DNA of 22,127 nucleotides from Ginkgo biloba. Its lineage: Eukaryota; Plantae; Ginkgophyta. The stretch covers positions 78,965,172 to 78,987,298 of the forward strand of contig JANKJI020000004.1 in the NCBI GenBank assembly GCA_024626585.2, written 5' to 3'. Positions 12,012-22,127 of the stretch are shown here, piece by piece. How positions within the stretch are numbered: the first letter of the stretch is position 1; each line of letters opens with the position of its first letter. The notes below the pieces were generated by a model. The model was not told the DNA's origin. It searched no databases and saw nothing but the letters and a program-made list of their open reading frames with translations. Both the position numbers and the translations under genes were made by a program.

Positions 12012-12118
12012 CATATCGTCTTTGCATTCTCATAAGTAAAGTCCCAATTCGTTGACGAATAGTGTACATAGTACGGCCGTATTCAGCTGCAGGCCACATC
12101 TCTGTCCCAAATACAGCA
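12012..12118 (-). CDS. MET1: Internal coding exon of chloroplastic MET1/ZKT (PDZ/K-box/TPR protein); end of the PDZ domain
   Basis: Minus strand reads cag|T GCT GTA TTT GGG ... CGA TAT G|gttag. The 107 nt are stop-free and give (S)AVFGTEMWPAAEYGRTMYTIRQRIGTLLMRMQRRY(G). This closely matches the recalled plant MET1/ZKT segment SAVFGxEIWPAAEYGRTMYTIRQRIGPLLMxMxKRxG. Splice sites are canonical AG and GT. Family assignment is from memory, not a database search. Confidence 0.9.
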
Positions 12119-13644
12119 CTGCATATGCATATTTGATCTCCAGTCATCCATCATAGGGTGAAGAAACAGATAATACGCAATACAGAGAAATTGCTTCAGA
12201 TTTCAACTAACACCACACACCCCCCCCCCAAATCAAATATTGAGAAACCCCCCCCCCCAAATTTGGCACTTTATAGTTTAGTGCGTTTTACAAAATAAAT
12301 GATGCCAATAGATCGGGCATAAAAAATCGTGNNNNNNNNNNNNNNNNNNNNNNNNNNNNNNNNNNNNNNNNNNNNNNNNNNNNNNNNNNNNNNNNNNNNN
12401 NNNNNNNNNNNNNNNNNNNNNNNNNNNNNNNNNNNNNNNNNNNNNNNNNNNNNNNNNNNNNNNNNNNNNNNNNNNNNNNNNNNNNNNNNNNNNNNNNNNN
12501 NNNNNNNNNNNNNNNNNNNNNNNNNNNNNNNNNNNNNNNNNNNNNNNNNNNNNNNNNNNNNNNNNNNNNNNNNNNNNNNNNNNNNNNNNNNNNNNNNNNN
12601 NNNNNNNNNNNNNNNNNNNNNNNNNNNNNNNNNNNNNNNNNNNNNNNNNNNNNNNNNNNNNNNNNNNNNNNNNNNNNNNNNNNNNNNNNNNNNNNNNNNN
12701 NNNNNNNNNNNNNNNNNNNNNNNNNNNNNNNNNNNNNNNNNNNNNNNNNNNNNNNNNNNNNNNNNNNNNNNNNNNNNNNNNNNNNNNNNNNNNNNNNNNN
12801 NNNNNNNNNNNNNNNNNNNNNNNNNNNNNNNNNNNNNNNNNNNNNNNNNNNNNNNNNNNNNNNNNNNNNNNNNNNNNNNNNNNNNNNNNNNNNNNNNNNN
12901 NNNNNNNNNNNNNNNNNNNNNNNNNTGATCTCCATCACCATGACTTCCTACTTTACATCCCCTCTATCTATGGAATCCTTGAACATTACAAATTTCCAAA
13001 GGATGGAAAATGTCGTGCAAGGTAGTGATAAAATTCATACACCAAAATCTTTGGGTCCACCAAATATAACAATATTATGTTCCAACCATTATTTAATTGG
13101 GATTCCAATGATTTTATCCCTTAGGACCATCATAAAGGAAACCACTACATGCAATTTAGTTTAAGTGCCAAAGGTGGTCTAATTTTAAGGAGAGTTTTAG
13201 GCTACAGTAGTGATTATTGCACTAAAAACAATTTACTAAAAGAAAAAAATTTCAAAGGTTTTCTATAATCTTTAATAATCCCTGCGGGATTCAATTCTCT
13301 CAACATGAAGCCCATGGGCTATAATACCTCTAGAACACCCTGAAATTATACCTACACACTAGTTACGTATCTTACCTTTAGAACAATCCTCCTTAATGGC
13401 ATACATTAGTTTCTAACATTCTAAACATGTCATTGTTCAACACTCATTTGTATTTACTTATGATACATGCCATTAAGTAGCTTTTACAATCTGTAACAAA
13501 TATGCAACATATATATATATATGCACCCAGGTGTTTATTGATCTTAATTTAAGTTGCATGTAATTTGATCATGTATATGGTAAAGGTCATAAGGGTATTC
13601 CTTACTATGAAATGAACAACATGGGGAAGTAAGCATCCACTGTA

Positions 13645-13780
13645 AGCCTTGGGAATGATATAAAGGGCTTATTGCCACAACAGCCAAACCTTTGTTGGCA
13701 TCCACATGCACACCATCAGCACCTAGCAGCTATTACTGACCTACTAGACTCCACCCTTAACCTAACATCAATAAAGCTGC
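13645..13780 (-). repeat. Dispersed repeat copy 2, probably the 3' part of a LINE
   Basis: gggaatgatataaagggc...gccaaacctttg...acatgcacaccatcagcacctagcagctat...catcaata aligns by eye with the reverse complement of 16764-16920 and with 2595-2732. Confidence 0.6.
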
Positions 13781-16763
13781 CAATGCCAAGTCATGGGTAT
13801 TGTTTCAACCCCTTTTTGGCACCAGGATTATCCTTAGTAGGGTTTCACCCTTATCTAGCAATTATTAATATTAATCTTCAATACCTTTCTGCTGATTATT
13901 TATATTAATTTATGGTTGTTAAAACCCAGAAAGCCAAGTAAGTCTTATTTTGAAATCTATGAAAAGAGAGAAGTTTAATAATGAAGCCAACACTTGTGTA
14001 TTGCAGCTATTGGTTAATTGATGAGATCAATCATATCAGATTGCCCATTGCCTCGAGCAGCCTTGCCAAACAAGAAGGCCNNNNNNNNNNNNNNNNNNNN
14101 NNNNNNNNNNNNNNNNNNNNNNNNNNNNNNNNNNNNNNNNNNNNNNNNNNNNNNNNNNNNNNNNNNNNNNNNNNNNNNNNNNNNNNNNNNNNNNNNNNNN
14201 NNNNNNNNNNNNNNNNNNNNNNNNNNNNNNNNNNNNNNNNNNNNNNNNNNNNNNNNNNNNNNNNNNNNNNNNNNNNNNNNNNNNNNNNNNNNNNNNNNNN
14301 NNNNNNNNNNNNNNNNNNNNNNNNNNNNNNNNNNNNNNNNNNNNNNNNNNNNNNNNNNNNNNNNNNNNNNNNNNNNNNNNNNNNNNNNNNNNNNNNNNNN
14401 NNNNNNNNNNNNNNNNNNNNNNNNNNNNNNNNNNNNNNNNNNNNNNNNNNNNNNNNNNNNNNNNNNNNNNNNNNNNNNNNNNNNNNNNNNNNNNNNNNNN
14501 NNNNNNNNNNNNNNNNNNNNNNNNNNNNNNNNNNNNNNNNNNNNNNNNNNNNNNNNNNNNNNNNNNNNNNNNNNNNNNNNNNNNNNNNNNNNNNNNNNNN
14601 NNNNNNNNNNNNNNNNNNNNNNNNNNNNNNNNNNNNNNNNNNNNNNNNNNNNNNNNNNNNNNNNNNNNNNNNNNNNNNNNNNNNNNNNNNNNNNNNNNNN
14701 NNNNNNNNNNNNNNNNNNNNNNNNNNNNNNNNNNNNNNNNNNNNNNNNNNNNNNNNNNNNNNNNNNNNNNNNNNNNNNNNNNNNNNNNNNNNNNNNNNNN
14801 NNNNNNNNNNNNNNNNNNNNNNNNNNNNNNNNNNNNNNNNNNNNNNNNNNNNNNNNNNCGCTGCATTCTAGAACCAGCTGCCTCTCTATCCCTTTCTCAT
14901 TCGTGTATAGGCATTTTCAGGTCAGGCAATCAAGCATTTCTAATTTTTTCCTGGGCTCTTGTCAGAACGGAGAAGGGATTGTGAAGATTTCCATTGGAGG
15001 GTGAGTACCCTGTCAAATTGTAAAATAGGCTTGCCAGTCTTTTTCTGAGATCTCTATATTTCTTTTCGAATTCCAATAAAAAAAAACTAAAAAAAAACTA
15101 TTGGTTAATTCACCGACAAAAGTGGTGAGGAGAGATATAAAGGTAAAGATAAGGGTCCTAGGGTTAGTCCAAAATAGGGGTCCTCCAATAGAGTTATGAC
15201 ATTTATCATTTAGTGTTGCAGAAGGGTTCTTGGTGAGTTGGGCATATCCAAGGACAGGTCCAGTCTTCTGTGATTGGTTGTGCTCGATTCTTTCTACATA
15301 TATAGAGTTTGCTAATGGATTTGAGCAACTCTTTTTTCATCTTTCTTTTCATGCAAGCAGGGTGCCTTCATCCTTATTCTCATCTTTTGCATTCTGCACT
15401 ATTTTCTAGCTACACTGCGCAACAGTATACACTACTGCATAATTTTTGTATGCTGTTAGAATTGTTTGAGACCAAAAAGTGATGTCATATTGGGGTTATT
15501 TTTTGCATTTGAGTACTCAAATCTCTTGTTTAGACTTAGATGTCTTATTTTAAGGGTTTCATTCAGATAGAATTGATAACTAAGAGGCTACAGAGGACCC
15601 TGCAGGGTAATGCAAGCAATATGATAGGGTTGTGCTGGGTTTTTAAGCACTGTGGAGAACAAATCAACATTTTTAAGAAGGCCGGTCCAATCTGAGTAGT
15701 GGAAGTGAGACATTTTGGTCTATGGAGGCTTCTAATCTTCAGTTGGAGTGATTCATCAAGGTAATCTTAGAATTTGTAAGCATTCTGTAACCCTAAACTT
15801 TTTCTCTAGTTTTCAGATAAATTACAGTAAACTATTTCCATTGTCTGTATAAATCATTGTAAACAGAATGAATCTAAAATCTAAAATTCGAAATCTGTTC
15901 AGATAAATTAAACTATTGAAAACCCCAAGAAATGAGAAATGATTCATTCAGAGTAAGGTGACTCCAATTAGGGGGTTAAACCATAGTTGTTTAGGTTTCA
16001 CGAAATGCCAATCTTTCACTATGGTAGAAACGTATGAAATGTNNNNNNNNNNNNNNNNNNNNNNNNNNNNNNNNNNNNNNNNNNNNNNNNNNNNNNNNNN
16101 NNNNNNNNNNNNNNNNNNNNNNNNNNNNNNNNNNNNNNNNNNNNNNNNNNNNNNNNNNNNNNNNNNNNNNNNNNNNNNNNNNNNNNNNNNNNNNNNNNNN
16201 NNNNNNNNNNNNNNNNNNNNNNNNNNNNNNNNNNNNNNNNNNNNNNNNNNNNNNNNNNNNNNNNNNNNNNNNNNNNNNNNNNNNNNNNNNNNNNNNNNNN
16301 NNNNNNNNNNNNNNNNNNNNNNNNNNNNNNNNNNNNNNNNNNNNNNNNNNNNNNNNNNNNNNNNNNNNNNNNNNNNNNNNNNNNNNNNNNNNNNNNNNNN
16401 NNNNNNNNNNNNNNNNNNNNNNNNNNNNNNNNNNNNNNNNNNNNNNNNNNNNNNNNNNNNNNNNNNNNNNNNNNNNNNNNNNNNNNNNNNNNNNNNNNNN
16501 NNNNNNNNNNNNNNNNNNNNNNNNNNNNNNNNNNNNNNNNNNNNNNNNNNNNNNNNNNNNNNNNNNNNNNNNNNNNNNNNNNNNNNNNNNNNNNNNNNNN
16601 NNNNNNNNNNNNNNNNNNNNNNNNNNNNNNNNNNNNNNNNNNNNNNNNNNNNNNNNNNNNNNNNNNNNNNNNNNNNNNNNNNNNNNNNNNNNNNNNNNNN
16701 NNNNNNNNNNNNNNNNNNNNNNNNNNNNNNNNNNNNNNNNNNNNNNNNNNNNNNNNNNNNNNN

Positions 16764-16920
16764 TTGAAAGATGCCTACACCTAACACCCTTACTATTGAT
16801 GGGATTGAGGGATGGACCCTAAAAGATCTTTCATAGTTGCTAGGCATTGATGGGATGCATGTTTTGTTGCCAGAGGTTTGGCAACCAACATAGTATGCCT
16901 TTATAGGCAATCCCCATGAC
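16764..16920 (+). repeat. Dispersed repeat copy 3, inverted relative to copies 1 and 2
   Basis: Reverse complement reads gggattgcctataaaggc...gccaaacctctggcaacaaaacatgcatcccatcaatgcctagcaactat...catcaata, homologous to copies 1 and 2. Confidence 0.6.
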
Positions 16921-17399
16921 TAATAACAAGTGGTTGAGGTCATACTTGCATGTGAACCTTAGTCAAACAATTTCCCTTGCTAAATCATGTCATTAAACTA
17001 CACTTTACAATCTACTACCACAAATTAACATAATTAAATATCTATAATGTATGGATACTCATGTTAATACACTTTCATGGCTAAAGAATAACTTATGATT
17101 ATTGTATGCAATTCACCTTGCCTATATCTCTATTATGGCATATTGTTTGTGGGTCTAAATTATTCTTTGATGCAAGTTTTAGAAGGCGGGACTATTACAA
17201 TGGTACCATGAATGATAGTTTAGTGAGTATCCTTTTAATGCAACTGTCATCTAAGGCTAGTATTGTAATTGACAGTTTAGTGTGCATCCTTCCAATACGA
17301 ATGTCACATAGGGGTCTATTTCAACTTGCATGGCTAACACTAAAACAACATGCCCTATAAAGGAGAGATCTATGGATGACTCATCCCAAAATATGCACT

Positions 17400-18118
17400 A
17401 GAAGGTTGCTATAATGGAGATCCCTTGACCCCACAACATGCAGAATTTTCAGTAAACAAGCGACATCCTAGGTTAGCATAAGCAAGCAAGAATGCAAAAT
17501 ATGGCCAATAATCAATCATCTCTCTACAATAATGACTATATCATCTCTAGTTCATTAATGGCTTCAGATAGTGGAAACTATCTAGGAAAATGCTCCAAAG
17601 GAGGCACCTTGCTCTAAGAAACAAACATGAGCAATAAGATTTACAAAAAGCCTTTGGAATCATGCTACAAACTAAAAACACATGGCTCTAGCATTATGCA
17701 AAACATTAACACAAAGGCATCATGACTTCTCTAGTAAGCCAACAATGTACCAAAGTGATAGCATAAGAGAGAAAACTCAGGATGCCAAATGTAGAAGAGG
17801 AGAATCATGAAAATAAAGCTACCATAGCCTATAGTAATCTCCTTATTTATAAGAAATACTAGACACAAGCTCCCACATAAAGATGATGCTAACCTTGGAG
17901 CTACCCCATGCCCCAAGAGTCCCCATATGACATAAATTTGACACATGCCAACCATCTAATGAAGACACCCTATGCTAAAACATCTCTAGAGATTTAGCCT
18001 TCCCCTTTTTCTCTCACCACTTTCTCAAGTGAACTCACCATCAACTATATTCAAAGGACAACTTGTCCTTTTTCATAGAATCTTAAATAAGAGTAACTTA
18101 TTTTTTTGGGTTGTAACA
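17400..18118 (-). mobile_element. 3' LTR of the chromovirus element (start at 18118 firm, distal end uncertain)
   Basis: Begins TGTTACAACCCAAAAAAAATAAGTTAC immediately after the PPT. The same terminus family is seen at 18377 and 22049. Confidence 0.6.
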
Positions 18119-18376
18119 TCTCTTCCTTCCCTATGGAGATCATTATACTTAATGAGTCTAATCTCTTAGACAAAAGTAAGTAATTCCCAAGTGGCTTTTT
18201 CTATGGGCTTATTTGACCATTCCACAAGGTATTTTGTGATATCTCTCTATTCAACAACCTTCTTTCTCTATCATCCAATATACCTATTAGATTGTGCACC
18301 TCTTGTTCAACTTATTGTGCATCCACAAAAGTTGGCAAGAAGTTATCATTTTTGGACAAAGCCTCATCTAGACAAA
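18119..18376 (-). mobile_element. 3' end of a chromovirus-type Ty3/gypsy element: integrase chromodomain and polypurine tract
   Basis: 18240 to 18181 translates ITKYLVEWSNKPIEKATWEL (chromodomain YLVKW...P.E.ATWE). It is followed by the PPT AGGGAAGGAAGAGA (18132-18119), which abuts TGTTACA. Confidence 0.85.
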
Positions 18377-18444
18377 TGTTATAGCCCAGAAAAGTAAAGT
18401 TACCTTGATTAAAGTGATAAAACCAAAGGTTTCTTTAGAAGCTA
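18377..18444 (+). mobile_element. LTR 5' terminus of a related family, truncated by a gap
   Basis: TGTTATAGCCCAGAAAAGTAAAGTTAC...AAACCAAAGGTTTCTTTAGAAGCTA is highly similar to 22049-22115 and to the LTR start at 18118 (minus). Confidence 0.7.
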
Positions 18445-18544
18445 NNNNNNNNNNNNNNNNNNNNNNNNNNNNNNNNNNNNNNNNNNNNNNNNNNNNNNNN
18501 NNNNNNNNNNNNNNNNNNNNNNNNNNNNNNNNNNNNNNNNNNNN

Positions 18545-20138
18545 CTCCTTCACCTATAGAGATCATTTCCCTTAATCGACCAATCTCTCAATAACAACAC
18601 AGCTAATTCCAAACTATCTTATTCACTTTGCTAAATTACCAATCTCTCCATATCTTTAACATCCTTTATGGATTATGCACCTCTTTGTCTTTCTAGGCAC
18701 TAACTTATCCATTTTGACTAAGATTCTTCAATTGAAAATTCAAGGGCATCCAATATCTTGGTTAGAGTTTTACACAACAAAGGATAATCATTCTCCCATT
18801 GTCAATTAGGCAATCTAAGCCACCCCACATACTCTCTTTTACAAGATTCTACTCCAATATTCCCTCGGCATTCTTTTAATACATTAAATGTTCATGCTCA
18901 TTCATCCCCTAAATGCCATATAATCCATAGTTGAGTATTGCATGTGCATACACAAAGAAAAAGAACTTTGCCTTAGTTCCTTTGTTGCTACCTTGCAATT
19001 TTCAACATAAATTTTGTAAGAGATCATATCCTAATTCTCCCCATACATCTTAGAAATTCATGGCTCATGCTCATAATATAAAATGAATTCTTATATCATT
19101 GTATTTCATGTCACACTAAGCAACATTGCGTTACTTTTCATTTTATCAATTGTTACCCTAATTGGCTTTTGCAAACAATTTATCCTCTTCGAGCAACATA
19201 CCCTAATTAATAGTGGACTTTCTTTATGTAACTTAAATAGATTTTAATCATTTTTATAGGGAAGTTCATTCCCTTTTAAAAGAATTTTTCTACACTTGCC
19301 TTTAAAGCGACTTTTTAATTATGCTTTCTATTACCAAATGTTTGATCTTCCCTTTACATTCATGCCTTCAACCCATTCATGGTTTAAGACCTCATGGCAA
19401 CCAACATTGTCCATCATGCATAGTTTTAGATATTAGACTTGGTCTTTTTGAAGTGCAGAAATGAGCACTAACTTATTGGCTAGGAAGTCAGAGCTAATTC
19501 TTTCATTTTCAAATTAACATGGAACTCAACCAACTCCATTAAGTGGCTCTTACATTTTCATTTATATGGCTTAAAATGTATTATCTCCTTTTTTTGTATC
19601 TTCAATCATTTACACCCCCACATCCTTATAATTCAACCTGAGTTTTTTTCAAAAACATACTCTAATATCAAGTTCCAAAGAGCAAAAATTTTGATTATTG
19701 TCATATGGCAACATTTTCTTCCTTTACATCCTTCAAAAGGTTAACAGGGCTTCTCAAGATTTTAATACTCGCCAAATTATTGAAATATGCATGGCTTCCA
19801 TGAAGTTCTTTTCTATTTTAGTACTCATACCTTTATTGCCATAAACAAAATGGTTACTCATAACCTCATGCTTGCAATAAAAAGTATATTTAGCAAGTAA
19901 CAACCATTATAAACTTTCATGGGATATGTATGTCCCCTCCTCATCCTCTTCCATTATCTTCATCAATATTATTTAATGCATGGAAGACTAATGTGCTTAT
20001 TTCTGTTACAATCGACATGATTATCAAGAGAAAAAATTATATCCTTTGATACCTTTCATTAATCATTTAGTATTCAAACCTTTCAAATACCATATCGAAA
20101 CAACCAAGTTCATGAAGGCAGCTTTAAACTATCTTGTA
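18545..20138 (-). mobile_element. Second, heavily decayed Ty3/gypsy pol copy (RT thumb, RNase H, integrase C-terminus, PPT-proximal sequence)
   Basis: 18545-18590 is homologous to the PPT-proximal 18122-18168. RIL*KRVCGVA* (~18815-18850) resembles the GPY/F region. LMELVEFH...SDFLANK (~19470-19545) is RNase H-like, and KYTFY...NHFV...KG (~19830-19895) is RT-thumb-like. Domain order is correct. Confidence 0.55.
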
Positions 20139-20175
20139 NNNNNNNNNNNNNNNNNNNNNNNNNNNNNNNNNNNNN

Positions 20176-20640
20176 GCTATGCAAGAAGGGAGGGAGATGC
20201 AATTCCTTTTTGAAGTTCATATGCAACTCTAAGCACTCTCCAATAGCTGTCAACAATGGAGGAAGCATTCAAGTTTTCGTCATTGGAGGAAAAGAATTTC
20301 TCTTCTTCCACAATATTTACGCAGCAATCAAACATGGTTGTTTTGAGCTTAATTCCAAAAATATTCAATGCCCAAATGGGGCTTTAACATTTTCCAAATG
20401 CACTTTCAAAGTGATATGACTAATACCCCTCCTTGAATATTTCATCCATAAACCTTACGATCTTTAAATTATACAAATCATTATATAACTGTCAAAGAAC
20501 CCTCAATAGGATAAACTACAAATTTAGTCATAAAATAATTGGGCTTTTCCTTCTTATTACCCTCCTTACTTCCTTTTAACAATGGGCATACATGTTTTCT
20601 GAATGCAATTAGGTATTCTATCAATAAGCAAATTCCCATG
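20176..20640 (-). mobile_element. Possible PIF/Harbinger DDE transposase C-terminal relic
   Basis: Motifs occur in the expected order: KPNYF...YPIEGSL (cf. YL.GD.AYPL..WL), FESAFG[frameshift]MLK (cf. E.AFG.LK.R), TTMFDCCV-NIVEEE (cf. I.ACC.LHN). Very degenerate. Confidence 0.4.
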
Positions 20641-20674
20641 CAAAAAAAAGAATAATTAATATTCATGGAATTCA

Positions 20675-20714
20675 CACCCCTCACCCCTCACCCCTCACCA
20701 CGCCCCCAAACCCC
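20675..20714 (-). repeat. (TGAGGGG)3 heptamer plus two further G-runs; predicted G-quadruplex motif
   Basis: Plus-strand C-runs at 20677-80, 20684-87, 20691-94, 20703-07 and 20711-14. Confidence 0.7.
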
Positions 20715-21059
20715 ATCATGCAAAAAAACATTTACTCCACTTGCCCCACTATACCCTAAAAAGCTACATTAATCTTATCTTGGAAGTAGTAAAAAGGTTA
20801 AGTTTTTCCTTAGATGTGAGCTCTGANNNNNNNNNNNNNNNNNNNNNNNNNNNNNNNNNNNNNNNNNNNNNNNNNNNNNNNNNNNNNNNNNNNNNNNNNN
20901 NNNNNNNNNNNNNNNNNNNNNNNNNNAGTTCTATGGAATTATAAACTTTGAAAATGATAGAAGAAAGTGTCTGATCTATGCCCAATAGAGCATAGAAGGT
21001 AGTATTCATAGCCTAAACTAAAACAAACATTTAGGCTTGCTAGCAATGACAAAATTATA

Positions 21060-21700
21060 CTCAAGCATCCAGAGTGTTTCTTGACCAACTAGTGCCCAAT
21101 TGTGGCATTACTACTCCTACAATCTAGTGGAAGGACTAAGCTTGGAATTCCTCCAAAGGTTGTATGAAATACTCTACATTTTAGGTCTTCTGCCTCCAAA
21201 TCCATTGTAAGGATGTTTCCCGGGACATTATAGGCATTGGGCTAGTTAAACTAGTGCCTACGCCTATTGTAGGAGGCTTGAAAGATAGTGGTACCATTGG
21301 GGCCCAAGAAGGATTTTCTTGTTAACTTGTTATCCACCATGGGCCAACCTCAAAGGCTAGACTCCAAATGATGGTTTGCCTAATAAAGTTTGTCCTCAAT
21401 GTGGCAAGGATGAGACAATGATGCATTTATTCTAGTAGTATCCATGGGCAAAGTGGGTGTATGCTTTTGCGCAAACAATCTTAGTGTACAAATTTAATTG
21501 GGCTTCTACTCCCCTAAGGAACGTTCATCCCTAATATGCTACCTTCAAGAAAGCGTGACACATTTTGATACGAAGCTAAAGTGTAGAGCTATTAAGAGAA
21601 TACCCATGAGGATGCAAGCAAAATATTTTTGATGTGGCTTTAGATTCAACTAAGGAGATAATTCGTGATAACCGAGAGAATTAATAAGACTTAAGCAAAA
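21060..21700 (+). mobile_element. L1-clade LINE ORF2 C-terminal remnant with zf-RVT zinc knuckle
   Basis: 21385-21462 translates KVCPQCGKDETMMHLF**YPWAKWVY, matching C..C...ET..HLF..C..A..VW. It is preceded by a decayed PK...F.WL..H..LPT..RL segment. Outer boundaries are approximate. Confidence 0.8.
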
Positions 21701-21888
21701 ACAAAAGCAATGAGACAATAGATGTGAAAGGCTCTGTTCTTCGATTAACAAAACTCTTACAATTATCAAAATTCTCATGTTGAGAATGAGTTGATTACAT
21801 AGTTNNNNNNNNNNNNNNNNNNNNNNNNNNNNNNNNNNNNNNNNNNNNNNNNNNNNNNNNNNNNNNNNNNNNNNNNNNNNNNNNNNNN

Positions 21889-22127
21889 AACAAAATAGCC
21901 AATTAGAAATTACAAAATAATGAATAAAATTCTATTCTAATAATTAATTACTTACATGAATAATAATTCTTAACTAAGTGCATCATAGGCCTTAGTTACA
22001 CGATTGTACAATGAAATAAATGAGTAATTAACCAAAATATATTGCGGTTGTTACAGCCCAGAAAGTAACGTTACTTTGTTAAATCTAATTAAACCAAAGG
22101 TTTCTTTGGAAGCTAGAACATGTGTTT
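21889..22127 (+). mobile_element. LTR-family sequence: segment homologous to 345-495, joined at TGTTACA (22049-22055) to an LTR 5' terminus
   Basis: 21947-21998 attacttacatgaataataattcttaactaagtgcatcataggccttagtta matches 381-433. 22049-22115 matches 18377-18444. Confidence 0.65.

Noticed and set aside
14859-16042. LTR-like non-coding block (similar impression at 3480-3900, 5935-6330 and 7370-8250)
   Set aside because: Composition suggests LTR sequence, but no partner LTR, PBS, PPT or target duplication could be shown, so it was not annotated.
12288-16910. Long ORFs of 199-328 aa in the ORF track
   Set aside because: They consist almost entirely of X from gaps 12332-12925, 14081-14858 and 16043-16763.

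Overview
Gappy eukaryotic scaffold (13 N-gaps, ~2.9 kb of N), AT-rich and almost certainly from a large-genome land plant (gymnosperm- or fern-like; inferred). None of the listed long ORFs is a real gene: they are gap artefacts or transposon debris. Manual translation of the minus strand reveals two short, intact GT-AG exons missed by the ORF track (12012-12118 and 5512-5588). They match, from recall, the chloroplast thylakoid PDZ/K-box/TPR protein MET1/ZKT (Arabidopsis At1g55480 family, not the DNA methyltransferase MET1). The window therefore appears to lie inside a MET1 gene with multi-kilobase introns. Those introns hold decayed Ty3/gypsy pieces (gag, integrase, chromodomain + PPT + LTR start), L1-clade LINE pieces (RT, zf-RVT, probable 3' ends), a possible PIF/Harbinger transposase relic and a CpG-decayed palindromic tandem repeat. 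I found no convincing novel system. The best leads are the phase-required missing exon, two in-frame cryptic terminal exons, the palindrome array and the unusual LTR arrangements.
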